Shown: in pieces, positions 1 to 8,747 of the stretch
How positions within the stretch are numbered: the first letter of the stretch is position 1
How the letters are laid out: each line of letters starts with the position of its first letter
NCBI GenBank assembly: GCA_037308085.1
Contig: CP147779.1
Span: 1-64,000 of the forward strand
Length of the DNA stretch: 64,000 nucleotides
Source: Promethearchaeati archaeon SRVP18_Atabeyarchaeia-1
GTDB lineage: Archaea; Asgardarchaeota; Atabeyarchaeia; Atabeyarchaeales; Atabeyarchaeaceae
Direction: 5' to 3'
The notes under the pieces: model-generated
Seen by the model: the letters and a program-made list of their open reading frames with translations, nothing else
Database searches by the model: none
What the model was told of the DNA's origin: nothing
Translations under genes and position numbers: made by a program

Positions 1-35
1 TTATCTTGAGGAAGATACAGGTTTGGATGAATTGT

Positions 36-416
36 TCAGGATGGGTTTGGAGGTTTGGCTACTGCCTCTTGTATGTTATTGCCGCTGATCCTGGAATCAC
101 TGAGGTTCTCAATGTGCTCCAGAATTATGGGGCAGGTTAGTCCACTCGTGAAGCATTTTCCTTCACAGTCATCCCACATGACCCTGAATCTTGGCGCGAT
201 GGAGCATTGCTTCCCGCGCTCATCTGGCTTATAGAAACTGCATTCACCCTGTTTGGAAGTGTGGTCAATAATCAACGCGATTATGCGATGGTCCTTAACT
301 GTTGGGTCAAGAGTAAGTTCATAGCGCATTTCTTCGCCATCGAACTGAACGGTCTTGAGTGATTCCAATCGCGGATATTCTGCCTTCAACAAACCACCCT
401 TTCTCATCTTATTCAC
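36..416 (-). CDS. hypothetical protein
   Basis: 126-aa ORF, co-oriented and closely spaced with 426-641 and tfb; no recognisable motif. Confidence 0.5.
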   Translation of the reverse strand: MNKMRKGGLLKAEYPRLESLKTVQFDGEEMRYELTLDPTVKDHRIIALIIDHTSKQGECSFYKPDERGKQCSIAPRFRVMWDDCEGKCFTSGLTCPIILEHIENLSDSRISGNNIQEAVAKPPNPS

Positions 417-425
417 GCAAACTGC

Positions 426-641
426 TCAAGATAACATCAAATAAGAGACAACACAGCTGCGAAGCCGAGACTTGGTCAGTTCAATGGGACTCATCAAGCG
501 TCCCGGTTCAGCATTGATCTTCTTAATCAGCTCTGCAACCATATCGCGAGGATCAGTCATACCCAAGCTTCCAGACAACCTGATTCTACATTGTTTCTCT
601 TCTTCTCTTTTGCCGGGGTCGATCGCGACGAAAGTCACCAT
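426..641 (-). CDS. small hypothetical protein
   Basis: 71-aa ORF, ATG preceded by a GTGAAGTGAG RBS-like sequence, starting 23 nt after the tfb stop. Confidence 0.4.
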   Translation of the reverse strand: MVTFVAIDPGKREEEKQCRIRLSGSLGMTDPRDMVAELIKKINAEPGRLMSPIELTKSRLRSCVVSYLMLS

Positions 642-664
642 GCTCTCACTTCACTCCCCAGTTC

Positions 665-1783
665 CTAGGCGTAGATCGGATCGGAGCAACTATCCGGCAG
701 GCTTCTCATCTCAGCCCGTTGTCGTGACCGCAGCCCGAATCGGGCCTGTGAGGAGGATTCTGACCAAGGGGTTGCCTCCCTGTTCTTTGCGTCTCTAAGT
801 GATTCAGATTCGCTGACGAGGCCTTTCTGTATGCTTGCCGCTGCACACTTTGCAGCTTTGGCCACCTCGTTGATGATCTTCTTGTCGCCAATTGCAGCAC
901 CCATGCGATACAAAGCAATGGCGGCTACGACATGGGGTAACATTCCGAAGGTCTCTCCCGCCTTAGTCATTGTACGTACATATTTCGCGGCGAGTACCTG
1001 GGACTGTTGAGTGTAATTGCACAAGCTTGCTATCTTTGGGATCCACGCAACCGGATCCGGAGGAGGGACTGTGATCCCTGCTTCGGTCTTCATGATATTC
1101 ATGCAAGCATTGAACTCTGAAACGCTGACCTGCAGAATTGGGAGCAAGTCGCGGAGCATAAGAGGGAGCTTAGATCTCCTTATCGCAGCGTAGAGGGAGA
1201 CCGCGACGAATGAAGATATGCACCGACCCATTGTGAGACGCTTCTCGGCAACTTTGCGGTAGATTGCACAGGCTTCTTCGCGCACGTGGGTTGGAAGGCT
1301 GAGACGATCTGCGAGGTCGTTAAGGGCTGTGAGGGCTTTCGCTATGCTAAGATCTCTGGAATCTTTTGTCCTGGTACGGGAATGCCATTTCCTGAGCAGG
1401 ATTGCCCGGTAGCGAGCCTTTCCGCCGAGGGCATTTCCTTTTGCATCCCTGAAACCGCCCGCTATCTCACTTGATATTCCAAGGTCGTGAAAGGCGATGG
1501 TTGTCGGTGGCCCAGATTCGCACATCGCCGAAAGGTAGCTTCTTCCGGTGTGGCTTCCATCAGCAAAGTTTGACTCGAACTCTGGGCTGAAGACTTGGTG
1601 ATTTGGGACAGTTCCACATTCCTTGCACACGTATTGTCCTCTTTCAAGATCCATGATTAGTCTTCCGCCACAGACTTCACAGTTATCTAGGCTCTCAGTC
1701 TGTTTTGAGCTTGATTCTCCATGCCTTATTGATTCAAGCAATCGCGCTCTACCTCTCTTAGGATGAGACCCCCGTTGTGTCAC
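665..1783 (-). CDS. tfb: transcription initiation factor IIB (TFB) family protein, divergent paralog
   Basis: Zn ribbon CEVC...CKECG, the HDLGISSEI and LRKWHSR segments, two cyclin repeats (EEACAIYRK; PDPVAWIPKIAS). Confidence 0.9.
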   Translation of the reverse strand: MTQRGSHPKRGRARLLESIRHGESSSKQTESLDNCEVCGGRLIMDLERGQYVCKECGTVPNHQVFSPEFESNFADGSHTGRSYLSAMCESGPPTTIAFHDLGISSEIAGGFRDAKGNALGGKARYRAILLRKWHSRTRTKDSRDLSIAKALTALNDLADRLSLPTHVREEACAIYRKVAEKRLTMGRCISSFVAVSLYAAIRRSKLPLMLRDLLPILQVSVSEFNACMNIMKTEAGITVPPPDPVAWIPKIASLCNYTQQSQVLAAKYVRTMTKAGETFGMLPHVVAAIALYRMGAAIGDKKIINEVAKAAKCAAASIQKGLVSESESLRDAKNREATPWSESSSQARFGLRSRQRAEMRSLPDSCSDPIYA

Positions 1784-2074
1784 GCCAACTGAGGCTTCTG
1801 TAGGATCACTACGCGCCCACCTATATATGTTTATCTGTTGAACACATAAACACTTATCTGGGACGTGTTGGAGGATGAAAATGACTAGGGCGATATTGCG
1901 AGCCTATAGACGCCAACGGGGTCTGTGGCGCATCAGAGCTCAAGATCAGCCCACAAACTCCACTCTCACGAATTCGTAGAACGAAGACGCTCTTGACCTG
2001 AAATTCAAGCTGCAAACATTGAATAATCAAGAACTACTAATTCCTTAGTAGGCTTTACCAGATGGTGAATATTA

Positions 2075-2770
2075 GTGGTAAACAAACCCAGAATCACACA
2101 AGGAAACAGAAGCAAGAAAGCTGGACGCAACGGCGGTGACACGGTCAGGCACAGGGAGCGCGTGGCTGAACGTGTGAGGATTGCGTTAGAGAGTCTACTC
2201 GCGGAGGTGCGGAAATCAAATCCTGATGTTTTGTCCGCCGCTGTCGTTGATGAGGCTGGCGCACTACTGGCTTTCGCGGGTGAGGTCTTCGTTCTGACTG
2301 AAGGTGAGCAGTTCAGCCTGGGAACCATACTGATGTTTATTCACGGGATGGCGGAAGCCGGCTCAAAGTTTCTCGGCTCAGGACAGGTCAATTCTGTGCA
2401 TGTGAACTGTGAAGGGGGCAAGTGGTTCGTCATAAAGCTCGGTAGAAGCGAAGAGACTGGTGGCTTGCTTGGGATAAAGACAACATCGGAGGCCAATATG
2501 GGGGCCGTCATGCTCGACGCTCGGAAAGAGGCAGAGAAGATAACTGCATTGATGGCCGAGACGAGAGAAGAGAGGAAAGCATTCTTTGAGGCACCTAAGA
2601 GACTTTCGAAATTGACTGCGGAGGACATGGCCGCTTGGTGGGGACTGAGATTCAGAACACTAGAACGAAAAAAGCAGAGCGACGATCAAAGAGAAGAGAA
2701 TGCCGAAGAGACTTTCTCGATAAAAGACTACTGGGATGAAGCGCTGAAAAAGACGAAGAAGAAACCTTAG
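2075..2770 (+). CDS. Roadblock/LC7 (MglB-like) domain protein with N- and C-terminal extensions
   Basis: PDVLSAAVVDEAGALLA...LGSGQVNSVHVNCEGGKWFV...EANMGAVMLDARKEAEKI matches the Roadblock pattern. Confidence 0.8.
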   Translation: MVNKPRITQGNRSKKAGRNGGDTVRHRERVAERVRIALESLLAEVRKSNPDVLSAAVVDEAGALLAFAGEVFVLTEGEQFSLGTILMFIHGMAEAGSKFLGSGQVNSVHVNCEGGKWFVIKLGRSEETGGLLGIKTTSEANMGAVMLDARKEAEKITALMAETREERKAFFEAPKRLSKLTAEDMAAWWGLRFRTLERKKQSDDQREENAEETFSIKDYWDEALKKTKKKP

Positions 2771-2909
2771 TAATTCAATAATCGGTGGGCTAGCAACAGA
2801 AGATATTGTCGGTTGCACTTTCACAAATGTTTAAATTCCGTGCACGGAAGACTACTCTAGGAGGCCGATGCGGGAAAATCTCAGCGCTTATTGATTATTT
2901 GTCTCTGGA

Positions 2910-3707
2910 TTGGGGATTGTGATGGGTGAGATTATAACTATCCATAGTTTCAAAGGTGGCTCGGGGAAAACCGTAGTAGCCTCCAATCTGGCACTAGTGC
3001 TGGCTCGTCGCGGTCAGCGAGTAGCTTTGCTTGATTTTGACTTTAAGGCGCCCAGTCTCTTCACGGTTTTCCACCCAAATGGAAACTTCAGATTCTGGCT
3101 GAACAATTGGTCTGTGGGCGGCTGCTCCATAGATGAGGCGCTCGTTGATCTCTCAAGCCACTTCAACTTGCCTGAGAAGCTTCTCCAAGTGGGGTTTGCC
3201 GATCCTAGAGGCGAATCTATCAAGAAAAGCCTCCAGGAGCACCTGACTCCTGAAGGGCAGGCATCTTTCTACCAGCATATTGTAGAAGACCTGAACAGCC
3301 TCACAAAAGCCGGTGTAGATTACATCTTGCTTGATACTTCTCCAGGCTTCTCATACACTAGCCTGGCAGCGATCCTGTCCTGTGAGCGGCTGCTTCTTGT
3401 CACCAAGACCGATGAGCTTGATCTAAGTGGGACCAAGGAGCTCATCAAGAGCGTCTATGATGCCGTATTGAAGAAGAAGGTCTTGCTCATTGTGAACCAC
3501 GCGCCACCACAGATCCTCCTTAACCCTGGCGAAGGTGAGAAGCTTAGAGAAGAAATCACCGAGAAACTGAACCTGAAAATCACTGCTCTTATTCCGTGCT
3601 ACTGCGACCTTGTAGCAGCAAGAGGAAGGGGTCTTGTCGTCAACGACAAGCCAGATCACGGCTTCTCTAGGAACATCAACATGATAGCGGACAGACTGGC
3701 GCACTAG
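2910..3707 (+). CDS. MinD/ParA-family ATPase
   Basis: deviant Walker A SFKGGSGKT, LLDFDFKAPSL, YILLDTSPG; likely ATG at 2922. Confidence 0.9.
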   Translation: MGIVMGEIITIHSFKGGSGKTVVASNLALVLARRGQRVALLDFDFKAPSLFTVFHPNGNFRFWLNNWSVGGCSIDEALVDLSSHFNLPEKLLQVGFADPRGESIKKSLQEHLTPEGQASFYQHIVEDLNSLTKAGVDYILLDTSPGFSYTSLAAILSCERLLLVTKTDELDLSGTKELIKSVYDAVLKKKVLLIVNHAPPQILLNPGEGEKLREEITEKLNLKITALIPCYCDLVAARGRGLVVNDKPDHGFSRNINMIADRLAH

Positions 3708-3809
3708 AAGGGGAAGAGGATTGACGAGGCTCAAGCCGGCAGGGGTTGACTCTCGTCTTATAAGACATGGAGTCACAGATCTCTTCTGAGGACACACTGG
3801 TGATATGGT

Positions 3810-4793
3810 TTGATCGGCGCAGTTCTTCAGCTGTTCGGAGAGAATGCCGACAGAGCGGCCTATCTTGTTATTGAGCGGAAACCCTTCATCGTGTTGGGGG
3901 AAGCTCCAAGAGAAGCGGTGAATGGTTTGTCCGTCTTCTGCCCTAGTCGCGTTTTGCGGGAACTCGAGAGTGATGGTACCGTCTCTCCGTCTCTCGCTCT
4001 GCTAATGAACTTCGTCGACGCCGAGAGGAGTGATCCTTCTGCGAGCAGATTCTTCCTGACAGGCTATAACTTCTCCGCTGGGGGAATATCTAAACTCCGC
4101 TCAATTGTTCCGATGGGATGGGTGGTCGTCTCGCCTGATCCTTCGACTGAAACAGGGGTACCCGCTGATCTGCCCGTGTTTGATGTCTCTTCTTCGAGTT
4201 TCAGGAATTTTCCTTCAGTCTATGAGTTGGACTACGAGTTCTCATTGATTACGAAGGTAAGGTCTTTGCTCGATGAAGGCGATGAAGCTACGGCCGATGA
4301 GTTCACTCGTTTGAAGCAGAAAGACTTCTATGACAAAGCGGGGGCGTTCAGGACACTCATCACCGAAAGCTCTGAGGAGTCTTCCGACCAGTTCGCAGAA
4401 AGTCTACTCAATGGTTTGATCAAATTCGACGTGACTACTCTTCAGATAAGCAAGATATTTTCTCTCTTGAGGTGTGAGCGTTATGATAACATCCTGAGCA
4501 CCTTGGAGTCAAAGCTGGGTTCTTCATACAGGGAGAGAATTATGACAGATTTGTGGGAGCGGATGAGGAAACCCGTCCCGCTTGATCCAATATCGATAAT
4601 CTCACTTCCCAGCGAGCTGCTCCCTGTAGCCAAGGCAATGGTCAAGCTGGGAACAGCTTCGGTCGACGAGGTGGCCAAGGAAATAAGAAAAAGGAAGGGG
4701 ATTACCTTCAAGCTCCTGGATGAACTCAGGGAACGGGGTCACCTGACCTTGAAGACCATTGGGGGCAAGGTCACGTTCTCAATAAAGACATGA
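3810..4793 (+). CDS. hypothetical protein; N-terminal possible DENN-like region, C-terminal winged helix
   Basis: C-terminal ASVDEVAKEI...FKLLDELRERGHL is wHTH-like; N-terminal LFGEN...YLVIERKPFIVLG resembles the cDENN start (inference). Confidence 0.6.
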   Translation: MIGAVLQLFGENADRAAYLVIERKPFIVLGEAPREAVNGLSVFCPSRVLRELESDGTVSPSLALLMNFVDAERSDPSASRFFLTGYNFSAGGISKLRSIVPMGWVVVSPDPSTETGVPADLPVFDVSSSSFRNFPSVYELDYEFSLITKVRSLLDEGDEATADEFTRLKQKDFYDKAGAFRTLITESSEESSDQFAESLLNGLIKFDVTTLQISKIFSLLRCERYDNILSTLESKLGSSYRERIMTDLWERMRKPVPLDPISIISLPSELLPVAKAMVKLGTASVDEVAKEIRKRKGITFKLLDELRERGHLTLKTIGGKVTFSIKT

Positions 4794-5135
4794 TAATGTA
4801 CCGATCAGCAACTTCCTCGCCGTTCTCGAAGGCAATTCCTCATCTGAAATCTTGCGCATCTTCTTCTGAGCTCGATATGACCACGATGACTTGGTATTTT
4901 GGATTTACCGAAGATATCCTTGAAAGTCCGCTCAATACTTGCGGGGCGGGGGGAGGATCTCATTGCTGAATATGCTTCTTTGCGATACTCTCAACAGTCA
5001 CGGTCAATTTGGCATGAATATGGCTAGTCTTTTATGTGCTCGTGACATCCTTCTGATTATGGAGGTAAAGTTCCTGGGAGTGTCTGAGAATTGCTCAGAC
5101 ATAACACGAGGTTATAATATCAGGCTAGGCGGACC

Positions 5136-5666
5136 TTGCAAGGAATTGGATCAGCACATGTAGTGATTCTGATGGCATCAACCGCAAGTGACTCAATGAC
5201 TAAAAAGATACACTCTGTCCAGATCACAGTAGATGGAGTTTTGTGTTACTACGAAGACTTCGGTGGGTCTGAGGAGGGACACATGGCCGAGCCTCTGCTG
5301 GTTACGGGTCTGCTTAGCGCGATGGCAGCCTTGGTCAGGGAGATAACCAAGAAAGGAGTTCTGAGGAAGATAGAGTCGCCACCTGTCAAGTTTTTCGCAC
5401 TGCAAGCTATGGAGACTCCTCAGGTGATAATCTCCATGTTTACTGACATCGTCTTTCCCGACTATCTCTGCGACATTGTCTTGGGGGAAGTCTCTGAGTT
5501 CTTCTTGGAGAAATATGTAGGCACGCTGATCTCGTGGACAGGCGAGAACCTGACTATGGCGCTATCTCCGCACATTAAGAAGATCGTCACAGAGGGCGTT
5601 GATAAATATACGGCTAAGGAGATGGACGAGGGCGAACGACTGGAAGCGCAGAGCGCCCAGACGTAG
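5136..5666 (+). CDS. longin-like domain protein
   Basis: IHSVQITVDGVLCYY...LLVTGLLSAMAALVREI...LRKIE...LGEVSEFFLEKY fits the longin pattern; real start probably ATG 5172 or 5196. Confidence 0.7.
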   Translation: MQGIGSAHVVILMASTASDSMTKKIHSVQITVDGVLCYYEDFGGSEEGHMAEPLLVTGLLSAMAALVREITKKGVLRKIESPPVKFFALQAMETPQVIISMFTDIVFPDYLCDIVLGEVSEFFLEKYVGTLISWTGENLTMALSPHIKKIVTEGVDKYTAKEMDEGERLEAQSAQT

Positions 5667-5682
5667 GGCACACGACCAAGTT

Positions 5683-6468
5683 TCATGTTTGATTACGACG
5701 GAAGTAAGGTTCTAGCATCAGCTTCTCTCTTATTGTGTCTTCTATGCTTGGCAACTCGATTGTCCACCAGTTGACCGTGTTGAGGTTGCTAAGGTAGTTC
5801 AAGGCATCTCTGATCTCGTCTATTCTCGTAAAGGGGTGGTGCTTCCCTCCTTCTTCCTTGAGGTATATGTGAGCCCCGACAACTCTGCTAGCTACAACTT
5901 TTAGAAAGTCCTTGGAAGAACGATTCTCACTTAGCGCCCAATTGCATGAGTTGGCGTGGCCCAGATCGAATGCTATCTTGGAGCCACATACTTCCGCCAA
6001 TTCGCTTAGGTCGTACGGGTCCGACGACAGACCGAACCTTAGGTTCTCTATGCAGATCGTAATAGACTTCGTTTCAGAGATTTCGACGAGTCTCGTCAAG
6101 TCATCGGCGACGTTCTTTCTTGGGCATTCCTCGTCGTCTACGCCCGCATGCACAATGAGGTACTTGGCCTCTAACTCCTCGAGAAAATCCAGGTACATCT
6201 TCAGCGTGTTGAACGTGTTCTGCCTGATCTCTGGGTTCACTGAACCTATTGCCTGATCCAAGAAGGGTGAGTGATAGAACACTTTCAACTCATACTGGTT
6301 CATTGCTTCCTTGAGCTTCACGCGGCTTCTTCGAGTAGCGGGGATTGGTTTTTCATCACAGTCTAGTTCGACGGCCTCAAAGCCTAGGCTAACAGCGAAT
6401 TTCATCACGTCATCTAAGCTTTTTGAGACCCAAGATGATATTGCAAGTGCGGGGAGGTGGATTTGCAT
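5683..6468 (-). CDS. sugar phosphate isomerase/epimerase (AP endonuclease 2 TIM barrel)
   Basis: GFEAVEL, HSPF, IVHAG, CIENL, FDLGHA, H...HHP, IE metal ligands. Confidence 0.85.
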   Translation of the reverse strand: MQIHLPALAISSWVSKSLDDVMKFAVSLGFEAVELDCDEKPIPATRRSRVKLKEAMNQYELKVFYHSPFLDQAIGSVNPEIRQNTFNTLKMYLDFLEELEAKYLIVHAGVDDEECPRKNVADDLTRLVEISETKSITICIENLRFGLSSDPYDLSELAEVCGSKIAFDLGHANSCNWALSENRSSKDFLKVVASRVVGAHIYLKEEGGKHHPFTRIDEIRDALNYLSNLNTVNWWTIELPSIEDTIREKLMLEPYFRRNQT

Positions 6469-6541
6469 GCCAAAAATAGTCTCCTTGAACTAGAGTACTG
6501 CCAGATACGGTTTGTCTTCACGCTCTTTAGTCGTCCTCAAC

Positions 6542-7315
6542 TTACCCAAAGTATTCAGGTGATTTCTCTGGTTTGGCTGTTTTTGCTGGCCGCTTTGCGA
6601 GTTCCTGCTCTATCTTTCCGAGTTCCTTCTGCATTTTCCCTATTTTCTCGTCGAGGATTGACAGGTCCAATGGGATCTTGAGCACGTCGACTACGACTTC
6701 AAGAAGACATTTCGCGGCCGCTGGATCACGTGTGAGGAGGGGATACGTGTCTGCAAGCAGGCAGATTCCGTTTATATTGTACGCTATTTGGGCTATGACC
6801 GGAGCTAACCCATTCATGCCTGAGATTGTTGCGCCTCTAAAGATCTTGGTGGTTCGGTTCTTTGAGAAGTCATCTATTAGCTCCCTATTCGTTCCCGCAA
6901 TCCACACTTTGCGCTCCGTTGGTATGTATCCAAGGACGCTAGCCGCCAATGCGACCAGAAGTTGCACGTTATAGTGCTTACACGTTCGAGCTATGTAGTC
7001 AGAATACTCGTACTGCCCCATATTGCTCGAGGGCTGAAAATCGCCTGTGAAGACGAATGCATCGTTAGGGGAATCACTTCTATTTGAGAAGTAGGTTGAA
7101 CCTCGAGGTAGATGTGGGCGACCATCCTTCCTGACATATATGCTCGGTGGACTGTCTGTGCAGAATACCTCAGCACACTTCACGGACTCAAGGCTCCGGG
7201 CTATTGCTAGAGCCGCAGTCTTGCCGACGTTTGCCACCCCAGGCATGCCAACGAAGGCTATCGGCTTCCTGAGAGATGAAGGGTCTATCTCCACTAGTTC
7301 TCTGGCACGTATCAA
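6542..7315 (-). CDS. PAC2-family proteasome assembly chaperone
   Basis: GMPGVANVGK, FTGDFQP, ISGMNGL, GICLLADT, DPAAAK, C-terminal YFG. Confidence 0.85.
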   Translation of the reverse strand: MIRARELVEIDPSSLRKPIAFVGMPGVANVGKTAALAIARSLESVKCAEVFCTDSPPSIYVRKDGRPHLPRGSTYFSNRSDSPNDAFVFTGDFQPSSNMGQYEYSDYIARTCKHYNVQLLVALAASVLGYIPTERKVWIAGTNRELIDDFSKNRTTKIFRGATISGMNGLAPVIAQIAYNINGICLLADTYPLLTRDPAAAKCLLEVVVDVLKIPLDLSILDEKIGKMQKELGKIEQELAKRPAKTAKPEKSPEYFG

Positions 7316-7733
7316 CGCGATCCTTCGCCCTCTTCTATTCCGTTTGCTCCTTTATCCGCAAAAACCATGTCAGAGCAGCCCACGCCCAAATGTGTCCGCA
7401 CATATAGTCTCGTGCGCCGGCATCGGTTGTAATCGCGAATGGGTACCTACTATTTGAATCTTTGCCTAGCCACTGATACTTGCTTAACTAGAAGAGAGCA
7501 TGCAATGCGAAATCGGAGGTTGGAGTCGCCAGAAGCAAAGAAGCGCACCCAGATGCCATTAGGAAGATAGCGTTGAAATTCTGGCCGAGAAATTGTTTCG
7601 AATTGGGGAGCTGCAGAGCTGCCAGCAAACAGAGATATAGGCGGAAGAAGAGTCAGTCGGCAAGTTCGGCAATTGATGCCGCAAAATCGGTTCTTGAGAA
7701 GGTTAGAAGCCAGAGGCAACAGGCTGGGTAATT

Positions 7734-8522
7734 CTACACATCAGCGGCTTTGGGTTTCTTGGTAGCCGTAGCTTTCCCTTTTGACATTATCTGAATACCT
7801 GTTATCGCCCCATTCTTCGCGATTACCCTTATTTGCCCGTCCATCGTGAAAAGCCCGTCGACGTCATTCACCCTTTCGAGTCTGACTTGCTCCACTTCTT
7901 TCCCGAATACTTTTGTCTGAACTTGGACGTTTTTGTAGACGGCGTCCTTCAAGATGATTGCTTCAACTTCGTATCCCTGCGGAGTTTCGCCAAATTCTCT
8001 TGCCAGTGAGGTCACGTCACAGTCTGCCTCTGCACTCACTCTGTTTGAATAAGGTGCTTCTTTTTCTGGGGATGATGAGCTAGCTTCCGTTAGAGCATTA
8101 CTGGGTTCCGAACTTGGGCGTCTTGCTGCTTCGCCAGTCTTCTGGGTAGCAGATCTCAGAGGCAGAGGCGGAGGTGGTGGTCTATCTAATATTCTTGAGA
8201 CTGCTACACTTCCAGGGTTCGTCACGCTCTTGACAAAATCTCTGAATTCATTAGTCTCTTCTCCTTCGTCAATGGAGTTCACAGTATATGTAAGCCCAAG
8301 CTCGCCTCTTATTGGTCCGGCAGCCATTCTGGCTCCAATGAAACGCACTCTGATCCCCGATTCCCTGCCGTTGAAGTTGTAGATCTTCCTTCTCGTGTGG
8401 TCTATCAGGATCACGACGTTGCAAGGTACTAGCGCTTCATTGATCTTTTCCACAGGTACCTCGAGCTTACTTCCGTCCTCTTTGATTTGGTAGATTTCAT
8501 ACTCCATTTTTCTGTTGCACAC
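7734..8522 (-). CDS. gelsolin-like domain protein with Pro/Ser-rich linker and a second C-terminal domain
   Basis: VVILIDHTRRKIYNFNGRES...IDEGEETNEF matches the gelsolin repeat; PPPPP linker. Confidence 0.65.
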   Translation of the reverse strand: MCNRKMEYEIYQIKEDGSKLEVPVEKINEALVPCNVVILIDHTRRKIYNFNGRESGIRVRFIGARMAAGPIRGELGLTYTVNSIDEGEETNEFRDFVKSVTNPGSVAVSRILDRPPPPPLPLRSATQKTGEAARRPSSEPSNALTEASSSSPEKEAPYSNRVSAEADCDVTSLAREFGETPQGYEVEAIILKDAVYKNVQVQTKVFGKEVEQVRLERVNDVDGLFTMDGQIRVIAKNGAITGIQIMSKGKATATKKPKAADV

Positions 8523-8747
8523 CTAAGAATGGCGATGTTCGCAACTAGCTACCTTCCCTAACACTTGTGATCCAGACTTCGTGATATAAACCGTTCGAAT
8601 CGGTTGTAGACTTCGCAAAAACTGTCACTTGCCATTAGGGGGGAATAGCAGGGCAAGCATTCTGGTTAAGAAACGTGGACATCAGCTCAGGAAAGGCTTG
8701 AAAGTCCCAAAGCGCACAGCCGTCTCGGTTTAATACGGTGGAACGAC

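Noticed and set aside
4800-4940. Minus-strand fragment SSVNPKYQV resembling an AbrB N-terminus
   Set aside because: Too short and not continued in frame.
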